This document shows, one piece after another, positions 37,119-45,899 of a stretch of 64,000 nt of DNA. Source of the stretch: Euryarchaeota archaeon UBA558 (GTDB lineage Archaea > Thermoplasmatota > Poseidoniia > Poseidoniales > Thalassarchaeaceae). Each line of letters starts with the position of its first letter. The stretch's first letter is position 1. The stretch spans positions 20,980 to 84,979 of the forward strand of contig DAZE01000005.1 of the NCBI GenBank assembly GCA_002507175.1, given 5' to 3'. Both the position numbers and the translations under genes were made by a program. The notes below the pieces were generated by a model that was not told the DNA's origin, did not search any database, and was given only the letters and a program-made list of their open reading frames with translations.

Positions 37119-37877
37119 GTGAACGTGGCCCGATCTGGATCCAGCAGGGTTCTCAGGAAATGGTGGGCAGATAATCCAGATTTACATTACCCAATGACTG
37201 CCTATGCATCGATCATATCTGTCGGATCTACCATGTGGGGCCTCCTCTTCATAATGCTAGGTGGTGCGACTGACCCTCAGGCATCGTCATTGGTCCCGAT
37301 CAGTTGGGCCTGCCTCATTCTTGGCGGAGTAGGGTGCTTTTTCCTTCTCCCTGAGTTCTTTCTCTACATTTCACTTCGGTCGACATTTGAGCAAATATGC
37401 TCACAGGATAACAGGACGGAGATCATTAGAAGAAGGAAAGAATTGGAAGATGCAGCAGAATCACTGGGTAGCTCCTACAAGTCTCGTGTTCTCGGAATTT
37501 ATCAACAAATGGAAATCAAGCCTAATCGTAGATGGAGGGTGGCCCCATCCACGGCAACTTCACAAACAAAATGGTGGTCAAATACCAACTCAAAGCTATC
37601 GCGCGTTCTCCCCAAACTAAAACCGCTCAAGAAACAGTCTACTCATAAATCGATAATCGCAGTGACCACAATTTCAATTTCAATGCTGATCCTTGAGGCG
37701 AGCATTGGTGGCATGGATGGATCGACAACTTCCATCAATGACCTCATTCTTGGAAGTAGTGAGTCAAAATACCCTCCTCCATACCTAGATCCAATCTCTG
37801 GAATATTGTTGACATTCCTGACCATATTACTATGGCTAACATCACCCGCCCCATCAGAAAAAGAGGGATTTGATTGA
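37119..37877 (+). CDS. Hypothetical membrane protein
   Basis: 4 hydrophobic segments with a basic soluble middle; overlaps the start of the signal peptidase gene. Confidence 0.55.
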   Translation: MNVARSGSSRVLRKWWADNPDLHYPMTAYASIISVGSTMWGLLFIMLGGATDPQASSLVPISWACLILGGVGCFFLLPEFFLYISLRSTFEQICSQDNRTEIIRRRKELEDAAESLGSSYKSRVLGIYQQMEIKPNRRWRVAPSTATSQTKWWSNTNSKLSRVLPKLKPLKKQSTHKSIIAVTTISISMLILEASIGGMDGSTTSINDLILGSSESKYPPPYLDPISGILLTFLTILLWLTSPAPSEKEGFD

Positions 37878-38730
37878 GATGAAATCAACCATGCTCAGAG
37901 AGGTGGCAATCTCTATCGGGATGGTGATAGCTATCCTTTCTGGCCTGTGGGCTTACACTGGCTCATGGCCCCCGCTTGTAGTTGTCGAGAGCAACTCCAT
38001 GATCCACTCAGAACAAGGACAGGTTGGATCGATAGATGCTGGAGATTTGGTATTAGTAAAATCCCCTGGAAGGACCGATCAAATCGTCACGTATGTGGAA
38101 TCAATGCAAGAAGGCAATCAGTACTCTGGCCACCAGAGTCATGGCATGCCAGGTGACGTCATAATCTACCAAAAGAACGGCGGTACCGATACCCCTGTGA
38201 TACACAGGGCAATTCTCAAAGCAGTGAGGAATGAAACTGGCGGTTGGGATGTCCCTGGAACTGATATCAGGGCAGTTGAGGAGATCTCCTTGATCATCGA
38301 CTATCCTTGTTATCCGCACGGTGGCAGCTTGAGGATTGACAGGTGGGTTCCCGCCCACGAGGGTTACCTTACAACCGGAGACAATGAAAAATCAAATGGT
38401 TGCAGGTTGGACCAATTAAGGGCCACTGATAGAAATGCATCGGATCAATATATTCGAAGTCAGGGCCTTAAGGATCAGGACGGGAACCCTGTCTTGGCAG
38501 TGAAAGATGAGTGGGTAATAGGCGTCGCATCCACGGAGATTCCTTGGCTCGGATCGATAAAACTGCTTACAACTGGTGCATGGCCAGCTGTTCCCAACCA
38601 ATCATGGACTAAACTCAGCATGGTGATCGGGGTAATCCTAGTAGCGCCCGTGATCGTTGATGCTATCCGAGGAAGATCAAAAGAATCTGGGAAGCAGTAT
38701 GGGGACAAGCACCAGGGCGAGGACGAATAG
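37870..38730 (+). CDS. Signal peptidase I (S26, archaeal/SEC11 type)
   Basis: VVESNSM (Ser), GDLV, VIHRA (His), TGDN, IPWLG; start may be ATG 37879. Confidence 0.88.
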   Translation: MIEMKSTMLREVAISIGMVIAILSGLWAYTGSWPPLVVVESNSMIHSEQGQVGSIDAGDLVLVKSPGRTDQIVTYVESMQEGNQYSGHQSHGMPGDVIIYQKNGGTDTPVIHRAILKAVRNETGGWDVPGTDIRAVEEISLIIDYPCYPHGGSLRIDRWVPAHEGYLTTGDNEKSNGCRLDQLRATDRNASDQYIRSQGLKDQDGNPVLAVKDEWVIGVASTEIPWLGSIKLLTTGAWPAVPNQSWTKLSMVIGVILVAPVIVDAIRGRSKESGKQYGDKHQGEDE

Positions 38731-40176
38731 CGAACTATAACCGCTTATCTGATCTGCTATCCTCTCGATTTTCAGGGGGTTTGACTTGGGCAATACGGTC
38801 TTGGCAATGATGTGTCCAGCATTCCGGACCATGTGCCCCCCATCAAACGGTATCAACGGAATTAGGTTAGCCACCCCCAGAAGAAAACTAATCCACATTA
38901 TCCAGAACAAAAAATCAAACAGGCCCAAGATGACGTCTATTCCTAGCAGGGATGGAAGGATGCCGGTACCTGCCCCTAGGAAGGCCCTCTCTTCTAACAC
39001 CATCGTCTGACCCTGATTTTGGATTGGCACACCACTAAAGAGGAGGGGCGAAATTGCCGTTTGGACGAAGCGCTCACCAAAACTCAAATCCTCTGATATT
39101 GGAAGGCCATAGGCTCTAGCAGCAGAGTCTGCAGATCTTATGCCACTGACACCGAGAAACGCATCCCCTTCCTCTATCCCAGCTGCATCCACGTTGGATT
39201 CACATTGAGGATCTCCATCACACAATTGATAGTAGTATCTTTTCTTGTCAGTCAGTGTCACATCAACCTCTCTAAATACGACGTCGCCATGTATGGGATT
39301 CGAACTGACGAGCATGGTAACCAAATCCCCCGAATCGTGTTGGTTTAGGATTCCAGTTAGGTCGTCACCAGTCGCGATGGCAACTCCATCAATCTCAGAA
39401 ATCAACTCATACGGAAGAAGGCCGGCTTCATCCGCCCCTGAACCCTCAATTATCCCAACTGCGTACACGCCTTCTTGTTTCGCAGTTAATCCAGAGGAAA
39501 CCACTGCTAGAAGTATGACGACAAAATAAGTCATGACAATATTGACAGACGGCCCTGCCGCAAACATCCTCAACCGATCCCGTTGTGGAGCAATCCTCAT
39601 CTCTTCTTGGTCTGGCTCATAAAATGCCCCGACTGGAATGATCCCTGCCATCAGTATCCCAAAAGATCGAATCCTCATCCCATGAGCTCGTGCCATTAGG
39701 CCATGTCCATACTCGTGAACCACAACAGCTACGATCAGTGCAAGAATAGGCCAGAAAATTGGTACAAAGCTAGTCACCCCTGGGATGAACAAAATATCCG
39801 TCGCAGGTAGAACTTCTTGCTGGGCCGGCTCGATGGCTGTGCTTATTGCGCTTGCAGCTATTCCAAAAATTAAGAAGAGCATGACAGCAAAGCAAAGCCA
39901 AATTGAGGCCTCCCCAAAAATCCTCCAAAAACGTCTGGGACGTGCTATGAAATCGGCTGTTTTTTTTCCCTTGTTAGTCCTAATCATCAATATGATGCCT
40001 AGGATTCTCGTACAATTCCACCTTTCTAGATATCCGTTTCTATCTAGGAACAGAATTGAAATGTACCATAAAATAAGGAAGGCCCCAAGCGGAAGACTGA
40101 GCAAACCATTCACAGTCAGGAGCACAAGTCCTGCGATCATTAGGATCTGATTCAAGCCCAATGAGCCGTCATCCAT
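38677..40176 (-). CDS. Site-2 protease (M50) with PDZ domain
   Basis: HEYGH, GAFYEP, AGPSVN, PDZ-like GSGADEAGL, NLIPLIPFDGGH. Confidence 0.92.
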   Translation of the reverse strand: MDDGSLGLNQILMIAGLVLLTVNGLLSLPLGAFLILWYISILFLDRNGYLERWNCTRILGIILMIRTNKGKKTADFIARPRRFWRIFGEASIWLCFAVMLFLIFGIAASAISTAIEPAQQEVLPATDILFIPGVTSFVPIFWPILALIVAVVVHEYGHGLMARAHGMRIRSFGILMAGIIPVGAFYEPDQEEMRIAPQRDRLRMFAAGPSVNIVMTYFVVILLAVVSSGLTAKQEGVYAVGIIEGSGADEAGLLPYELISEIDGVAIATGDDLTGILNQHDSGDLVTMLVSSNPIHGDVVFREVDVTLTDKKRYYYQLCDGDPQCESNVDAAGIEEGDAFLGVSGIRSADSAARAYGLPISEDLSFGERFVQTAISPLLFSGVPIQNQGQTMVLEERAFLGAGTGILPSLLGIDVILGLFDFLFWIMWISFLLGVANLIPLIPFDGGHMVRNAGHIIAKTVLPKSNPLKIERIADQISGYSSLFVLALVLVPILLPRFF

Positions 40177-40254
40177 AGTACGACCGATATGGCGGCCTGC
40201 TTCAAATGTCACTATTCCGAGAACACTAAGACCACCCCCCACCACAGGGGTGCA

Positions 40255-40419
40255 ATGGCATCGGACGTAAGCAGGGAAAGCCGGGCTGTTATCAGGGTGA
40301 AAAAAGAGTATGAGGCCATTGAAGCCCGTCTCGACCGTATTGATTTGGAGATATCAAAGCGTGAGATTGATGATATCCGAATTATATTGGACCGGATTGA
40401 TCGGGAACTCACGAAATAG
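40255..40419 (+). CDS. Small charged coiled-coil protein (54 aa)
   Basis: ATG 40255 after GGGGTG RBS; repeated LDRID; fills the gap between two minus-strand genes. Confidence 0.5.
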   Translation: MASDVSRESRAVIRVKKEYEAIEARLDRIDLEISKREIDDIRIILDRIDRELTK

Positions 40420-40954
40420 TTGTGACAGATCCTCTCGAACCGTCTGACCTGCAAATCATGGCGATAAATCTGTGCAGTGGCATACCACTTTCCCAATCCA
40501 GGTGGGGGGCCCCATTCCTCGTGAGTGGTAAATTCGGAACCCTATTGGCGATTAATCGCATCTTTCCACTCAATCCGTCGACTGGAACGGATAGGATCCG
40601 CCAGCTATCCCCCCTAACTCCTTTCAGTCTGAATGCATACAGGGGTAATAGGCCGCAACGTTCGCCTGTTTCCTTGAAGGCTTCATACTGGGTCATTGTC
40701 CTTCCTGATAAGTAGATTTTACTTGTTTTTGATGATTTGACCTCTATTGGGAAGCAAACGTCCCCTCTCAAAACAAGAAGATCACCCGTGCCCTCTGATC
40801 CGCTACCGGGAGCTCTTACAACTAGAAAAGGTCGCTCACAAACTTGCATTGCCCGAGCCCTTTCTACCTCGTTACAGGACCTTGTTATCGCCAATACTCC
40901 TTTCCTTTCCCCAGCGAGGACGGATCTTAATTCACGCTCGTAGGGGCCGCTCAT
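40409..40954 (-). CDS. hjc: Archaeal Holliday junction resolvase Hjc-like nuclease
   Basis: YERELR, VRAPGSG, D-LL...IEVKS (PD-(D/E)xK). Confidence 0.8.
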   Translation of the reverse strand: MSGPYERELRSVLAGERKGVLAITRSCNEVERARAMQVCERPFLVVRAPGSGSEGTGDLLVLRGDVCFPIEVKSSKTSKIYLSGRTMTQYEAFKETGERCGLLPLYAFRLKGVRGDSWRILSVPVDGLSGKMRLIANRVPNLPLTRNGAPHLDWESGMPLHRFIAMICRSDGSRGSVTTIS

Positions 40955-41092
40955 GACAACATAGCCTATCGGGTAGGCTAATGACGACACCGGTGCGATT
41001 CACTAGAAACTAGCGATTAGCATTCAAAACAACCATCACGAAGGCCCAAACAGCAGTAAGACTTGAACACCGGCTGCCACCAATGTTCTACA

Positions 41093-41851
41093 ATGGACAT
41101 AGCTGGAGTCAAGACTCATGACTACCAACTCGCATACAGATTGATTCAAGCATTACGTGCCACAGGCATCAGGCCAGTTCAACTGAGTCCCGACGATCCA
41201 GTCCCAGCCTCGATGCCAATTTGGTTCGGAACACCCTCAGAGGTGGAATCTATGCGGGATCCACGGGGTGTTGGATGCACTATTGAGAATCTCGATGCGG
41301 CCATAACAGCCGCAATATTGGGGACATCCAAATCAATAAATCACATAATATTTGGAGTAGATCCTGGACCCAGGCCAGGGCTAGCATGGATATCAAGAAG
41401 CCAGTTATTGGGGTCCATGCAACTTGAATCAGTCGATGAGACTGTCAACATGATTGATTCTATCCTCTCTGATCTGAGGCCAATTAGCTACATCATTAGA
41501 ATAGGCGATGGATCTAAAACAATCTCCTGTAGACTCGTCAACGTCTGTCTGGCCAGAGGACATATTGTAGAGGTTGTAGACGAGAGGCGTACATCAATGG
41601 GATCACGCCACAGCCACGCCGCATCTGCAGCTAGAATAGCACAGAAAAAAGGAAAGCAGGTGGTAAACAAAATACAATTGGATCCTTCTAAGGGCGAAAT
41701 AAAGGAAATTCAAAGAAGGTCTAGGTCTACATCGGGAGGGAGGGTTACCATCCCAAAGTCTCTCGCAAAGGCAGTTGCAGTCGGTCGAATGGATATTCAC
41801 GAAGCAGTGCAGAGACACGGGAACCTAGGAGAGTTCAAGCACGTGAGTTAA
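41093..41851 (+). CDS. RNase H-like (YqgF/RuvX-type) fold protein
   Basis: IFGVDPG..PGLA, IRIGDG, VVDERRTS. Confidence 0.65.
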   Translation: MDIAGVKTHDYQLAYRLIQALRATGIRPVQLSPDDPVPASMPIWFGTPSEVESMRDPRGVGCTIENLDAAITAAILGTSKSINHIIFGVDPGPRPGLAWISRSQLLGSMQLESVDETVNMIDSILSDLRPISYIIRIGDGSKTISCRLVNVCLARGHIVEVVDERRTSMGSRHSHAASAARIAQKKGKQVVNKIQLDPSKGEIKEIQRRSRSTSGGRVTIPKSLAKAVAVGRMDIHEAVQRHGNLGEFKHVS

Positions 41852-42489
41852 TCGATCAATCCTCTTCGATACTCTCTCGTCCGGTCCACGCCAGGAAACC
41901 TGTCTTCCGATTCCCTGTAAACAGTTTTCATATTGTTCACAAAATTCGTTTCCTGAGTAATTATCTTCACTTTCTCCACACCGGGGTCGACCCCAGAGTC
42001 CATCCAAGCGAGAACAATTTCCATTGTCATCCTGGCACCTTCGCGATGTGGGTATGCGAAGATGTCCATACTCAGTGGGGGCAATACAATTGTTCCCCTG
42101 TTCTCTATCTCCCCGATTCTGTCGAAGAGAGAGGCATATGCAGCCTTCAACAACTCCCTTCTGTCATTGTCTTGGGTGGGTCGTCGACAATCAGGTCCAA
42201 CTACGTGAATTAAGCTGCTGTGAGGTAGTGAGAATGGAGGAGTAATTACCGCCTCGCCGACACCACAAGGGGGGAGATTCTCTTTCCGCCTCTCAACGGC
42301 TATTCCATGGGTGTGTTTCCTTAGTTCTGGGCCCGCAGCCTGATGGACGACCTCATCTACACCTTCCCTCCCTGCAAGCCGATTGTTCGCAGGAGTGACG
42401 AGAATATCCCCCTCTTCTTTTGTAAGGTCCCCGTACATGAATCGAACCTGGCCAAATTGGCATTCTCTCACGATGATAGTCTCGGCCAC
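41848..42489 (-). CDS. Macro-domain protein (divergent)
   Basis: GDLT, VTPAN..L, GEAVIT, IHVVGP, L..AY. Confidence 0.85.
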   Translation of the reverse strand: MAETIIVRECQFGQVRFMYGDLTKEEGDILVTPANNRLAGREGVDEVVHQAAGPELRKHTHGIAVERRKENLPPCGVGEAVITPPFSLPHSSLIHVVGPDCRRPTQDNDRRELLKAAYASLFDRIGEIENRGTIVLPPLSMDIFAYPHREGARMTMEIVLAWMDSGVDPGVEKVKIITQETNFVNNMKTVYRESEDRFPGVDRTREYRRGLID

Positions 42490-42580
42490 AACCGTTCGGA
42501 CAAGCCCCGACGTATATCCTCATCGACTGAATGAGCCCTTTTACGAAGCCTTCATGACTCTGAACGTCGCATCACCCATC

Positions 42581-42814
42581 ATGGCGGCGGGCTTTGTGCT
42601 GATCAATGTAGAACCGGGATCCGAAATCAGGATTCAACAAGAGGCTGAGAAATTTGATTTTGTATCGGAGGCCAATGTCCTGTTCGGGGATCATGATTTG
42701 ATAGTAAAAGTTGAAGCTGGCTCTGTAGGAGACATCGCTAGGTTAGTAGTTGAGAAACTTAGGTCAATCGATGGGGTCACCACCACCAAAACACTTGCTT
42801 GTGCAGAACTGTGA
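42581..42814 (+). CDS. Stand-alone Lrp/AsnC ligand-binding domain protein
   Basis: FVLINVEPG, LFGDHDLIVKV, LRSIDGV..TKT. Confidence 0.85.
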   Translation: MAAGFVLINVEPGSEIRIQQEAEKFDFVSEANVLFGDHDLIVKVEAGSVGDIARLVVEKLRSIDGVTTTKTLACAEL

Positions 42815-42880
42815 GGGATATTTTCCTCTCAGAAAACTCGTTTTAGACCAACTCAGCGCCGCAGTCTATCGAAATCGGGG

Positions 42881-42922
42881 AAACGGATATATATAGAACA
42901 GTATTGTAGGGGACTCGGAGGT
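42881..42922 (+). promoter_or_regulatory. Probable BRE/TATA promoter and RBS of the MC1 gene
   Basis: Purine-rich GGGGAAACGG then ATATATATA (42887-42895); GGAGGT at 42917-42922; ATG at 42931. Confidence 0.6.
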
Positions 42923-42930
42923 ATTGTACT

Positions 42931-43197
42931 ATGAGTGATAAAAAGTACTTCGTTTTGCTAAATAGCGATGGAACAGATTCGGACCACGTGTTCGTTTCGA
43001 AGCAACCAAGGGGTGCCGCCTTGAAGGCAGCAACCCGCGGTCACACCAGCATTGAGCTGAGGGAGAGGGGGACCAACAGAGTCCACTGTTTCACAGGCTC
43101 AGTCACAATGGTGGACAGACCAGCTTCTGGACCTGCATGGCTTCCTGCGAAGATAAAGAAGGCCAACGTCAAGAAGTCGGGTATAAAGCGCCTCTAA
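42931..43197 (+). CDS. mc1: Non-histone chromosomal protein MC1
   Basis: KQPRGAALKAA.RG, LRERGT..VH.F.G, PAWLP..I.K..VKK. Confidence 0.9.
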   Translation: MSDKKYFVLLNSDGTDSDHVFVSKQPRGAALKAATRGHTSIELRERGTNRVHCFTGSVTMVDRPASGPAWLPAKIKKANVKKSGIKRL

Positions 43198-43234
43198 GCG
43201 TAAACCCACTACTTAATGTCTGATACACGCAACA

Positions 43235-43274
43235 CCTCCGAGGGCGTTTATCGCTCTCGGAGGGAACAAAAAAC
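43235..43274. terminator. Hairpin plus A/T tract between convergent MC1 and sdhB
   Basis: CCTCCGAGGGCG-TTTAT-CGCTCTCGGAGG (12-bp stem, one G-U) followed by an A7 tract (T7 on the minus strand just after the sdhB stop). Confidence 0.6.
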
Positions 43275-43277
43275 CGA

Positions 43278-44066
43278 CTATTTCCTGAGCCCAATCTTCT
43301 TTGCGATCATTGCAATAGGGTCATAGTATTCCGTGACCACTCTTTCTTTTAGTGGTATGACCGCATTATCAGTGATGTTGATGCCTGCTGGGCATACATC
43401 GGTGCAGCACCTAGTTATGTTGCAGTATCCGATCCCGAAGTCTTCTTTGATTTGGGGTATGCGACTCTCAGTGTCGAGTGGGTGCATTTCCAGCCCTGCG
43501 AGTCTGACAAAGAACCTAGGACCAGCAAACTCGTCGAATTTCTCATGTTCACGAAGAACGTGACAGGTATTCACACATAACATGCATTCGATGCATTGTC
43601 TGAATTCTTGAATCCTGTCTGCCTCGTCCTGGTTGAATTCCCAATCAAGCTTGTCAGGACCGCTTACTGGCACCATTTTCTTATTCATCTCGTAAGCCCA
43701 ACTCGTGTCAGTTACCAGATCTCTTATCAGTGGAAAACCTTGCATGGGTCTTATCGTAACTGGCTCCTCATCTGGGGTTTCTTCAATTATGTCTGACATC
43801 CTAGTCATACACATTAACCTGGACTTACCATTTACTTCCGCCGAGCATGATCCACACTTTCCCGCTTTGCAGTTCCAGCGACAGGCAAGATCAGGGGCGT
43901 GTTCAGCCTGAATTTTGTGAATAACGTCAAGGACGACCATGCCCTCATCGTATTCGACAGTGTAGTCCTCCATACTCCCTACGGAGGATTCTGTTCTGGG
44001 ATGTGTAGCGTACGGCCTTTCGCCGGTATGGCTTCTGAATACTCGAAAAGTGACTTCCTTGTCCAT
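43278..44066 (-). CDS. sdhB: Succinate dehydrogenase Fe-S subunit (Sdh1-like)
   Basis: CKAGKCGSC, CIECMLCVNTC, CNITRCCTDVCP; TGATG overlap with sdhA. Confidence 0.94.
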   Translation of the reverse strand: MDKEVTFRVFRSHTGERPYATHPRTESSVGSMEDYTVEYDEGMVVLDVIHKIQAEHAPDLACRWNCKAGKCGSCSAEVNGKSRLMCMTRMSDIIEETPDEEPVTIRPMQGFPLIRDLVTDTSWAYEMNKKMVPVSGPDKLDWEFNQDEADRIQEFRQCIECMLCVNTCHVLREHEKFDEFAGPRFFVRLAGLEMHPLDTESRIPQIKEDFGIGYCNITRCCTDVCPAGINITDNAVIPLKERVVTEYYDPIAMIAKKIGLRK

Positions 44067-45895
44067 CAATGTCCACCTTCTAGATCATCTGCATCCAAGA
44101 GTTCGATCAGATCCTCTGGGATGGGAGGATAGCTTCTGTGTTCTATTTGCATTTCTCCTTGTTCGTTCCTGGAAATGACGCTGTTCAGGCTCCCCCATTT
44201 CTCATGATCCGGTACGGGATAGTCTTCTCTTGTGTGGCCTCCTCGACTTTCCTCGCGCTCCAATGCTGCGAGAGCGCACATCTTACTGACGTCTATCATC
44301 GCCTCCAATTCAAGTGCTTGATGCCATCCAGGATTGTAGATCACTCCCCCTCCGGGTGAGGAGTTCGCCGATCTTGCTCTCAAGGCCTCTAGATCATTCA
44401 ATGCCTCTTCCAAAGACTCTTGGTTTCTGATTATGCCCACCTTCTCCTGCATCATATCCCTCAAATCGTTGACGATGACGGCAGGATTCTCCCCTCCGCT
44501 GCGAGACAATGGGGCCATCATCTTCGCTATCGCGGAATCAACGTCTTCAGCAGCAATCTCCGTCCATGAATCGATTGTCGTAGCGGACTTAGCCGCATGG
44601 AGGCCTGCGCGCCTCCCAAAGGTTACTAGATCGGAGAGTGAATTCCCACCCAGTCTGTTGGCACCATGGAGTCCAGTCGCTGCTTCGCCTGCAGCAAAAA
44701 GTCCCTTCACAGTCGACTCCTGGGTTTCAGGGTCGACCTTTACCCCACCCATGACGTAGTGAGCCGTGGGGCCCACCTCCATTGGTTGTTTGGTTATGTC
44801 GACTCCTGCGAGCTCTTTGAATTGGTGGTACATGCCGGGGAGCTTCCTCTTAATCTGGTCTGGAGGTCTCCATGAAATATCTAGATAGGCGCCACCATGT
44901 TCACTGGCTCTACCTGCAGCCTTCTCGCTGTTAATGGCCTTGGCAACTACATCCCTGGTTAGCAGTTCGGGGGGCCTTCTTTTGGTTGCTTGTTGATCAG
45001 ATATGACCTCTTGGACCCATGCCAGTGCCTCTTCCTCGGTATCTGCAAACTCCTCTTCATACATCTCTGGGACGTAGTTGAACATGAACCTCTTACCTTC
45101 TGAATTCTGGAGCATACCTCCCTCTCCCCTGACACCCTCGGTGACTAGAATTCCCTTTACACTAGGGGGCCAAATCATTCCGGTGGGGTGGAATTGAACG
45201 AACTCCATGTCACCCATCTCCGCCCCGGCCCAGTAGGCGAGTGCATGCCCGTCGCCTGTATATTCCCATGATCCAGAACAGACAGACCAACATCGAGTGA
45301 TTCCCCCTGTGGCAAGAACGATCGATTTTGCCTTGAACAGATGGACCCTCCCCCTCTGTCTGTCATATGCCAAGCATCCAATTACCCTATCACCCTCTTT
45401 GAATAGCTCGCACACTGTAAATTCCATGAAAACATCCATGCCCATGTGGACACCTTTCTCCTGCAAGGTACGGATGATCTCCAGGCCCGTAGCGTCTCCG
45501 ATGTGGGCCAGCCTGGGGTACGTGTGACCACCGAAGTTCCTCTGATTTATCCTGCCCTTCTTGGTCCTGTCAAACACAGCACCCCACGTCTCTAGCTCTC
45601 TGATTCGATCTGGAGCTTCCTTCGCATGGATCTGGGCCATTCGCCAATCATTGAGGTACTTCCCACCCTTCATAGTATCTCTAAAGTGGGTTTTCCATGA
45701 GTCTCGAGCATCCTTGTTGCCGAGGGCCGCTGCTGCCCCTCCCTCGGCCATCACGGTGTGGGCTTTACCAAGCATCGACTTGCAGATCAATGCAACGCTC
45801 ACGCCCATGGAACTGGCCTCTATTGCTGCTCTGAGGCCAGCCCCCCCAGCCCCAATTACGATGACATCGTGCTCATGAGTATCATATTCCTTCAT
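44066..45895 (-). CDS. sdhA: Succinate dehydrogenase flavoprotein
   Basis: GAGGAG, AHTVMAEGG, QFHPTG, TEGVRGEGG, HYVMGG, HGANRLGGNSL, ESRGGH. Confidence 0.95.
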   Translation of the reverse strand: MKEYDTHEHDVIVIGAGGAGLRAAIEASSMGVSVALICKSMLGKAHTVMAEGGAAAALGNKDARDSWKTHFRDTMKGGKYLNDWRMAQIHAKEAPDRIRELETWGAVFDRTKKGRINQRNFGGHTYPRLAHIGDATGLEIIRTLQEKGVHMGMDVFMEFTVCELFKEGDRVIGCLAYDRQRGRVHLFKAKSIVLATGGITRCWSVCSGSWEYTGDGHALAYWAGAEMGDMEFVQFHPTGMIWPPSVKGILVTEGVRGEGGMLQNSEGKRFMFNYVPEMYEEEFADTEEEALAWVQEVISDQQATKRRPPELLTRDVVAKAINSEKAAGRASEHGGAYLDISWRPPDQIKRKLPGMYHQFKELAGVDITKQPMEVGPTAHYVMGGVKVDPETQESTVKGLFAAGEAATGLHGANRLGGNSLSDLVTFGRRAGLHAAKSATTIDSWTEIAAEDVDSAIAKMMAPLSRSGGENPAVIVNDLRDMMQEKVGIIRNQESLEEALNDLEALRARSANSSPGGGVIYNPGWHQALELEAMIDVSKMCALAALEREESRGGHTREDYPVPDHEKWGSLNSVISRNEQGEMQIEHRSYPPIPEDLIELLDADDLEGGH

Positions 45896-45899
45896 CTTG

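Noticed and set aside
34055-43197. Defence island (helicase, nucleases, macro domain)
   Set aside because: The genes are common archaeal housekeeping families in mixed orientations, with no mobile-element signs
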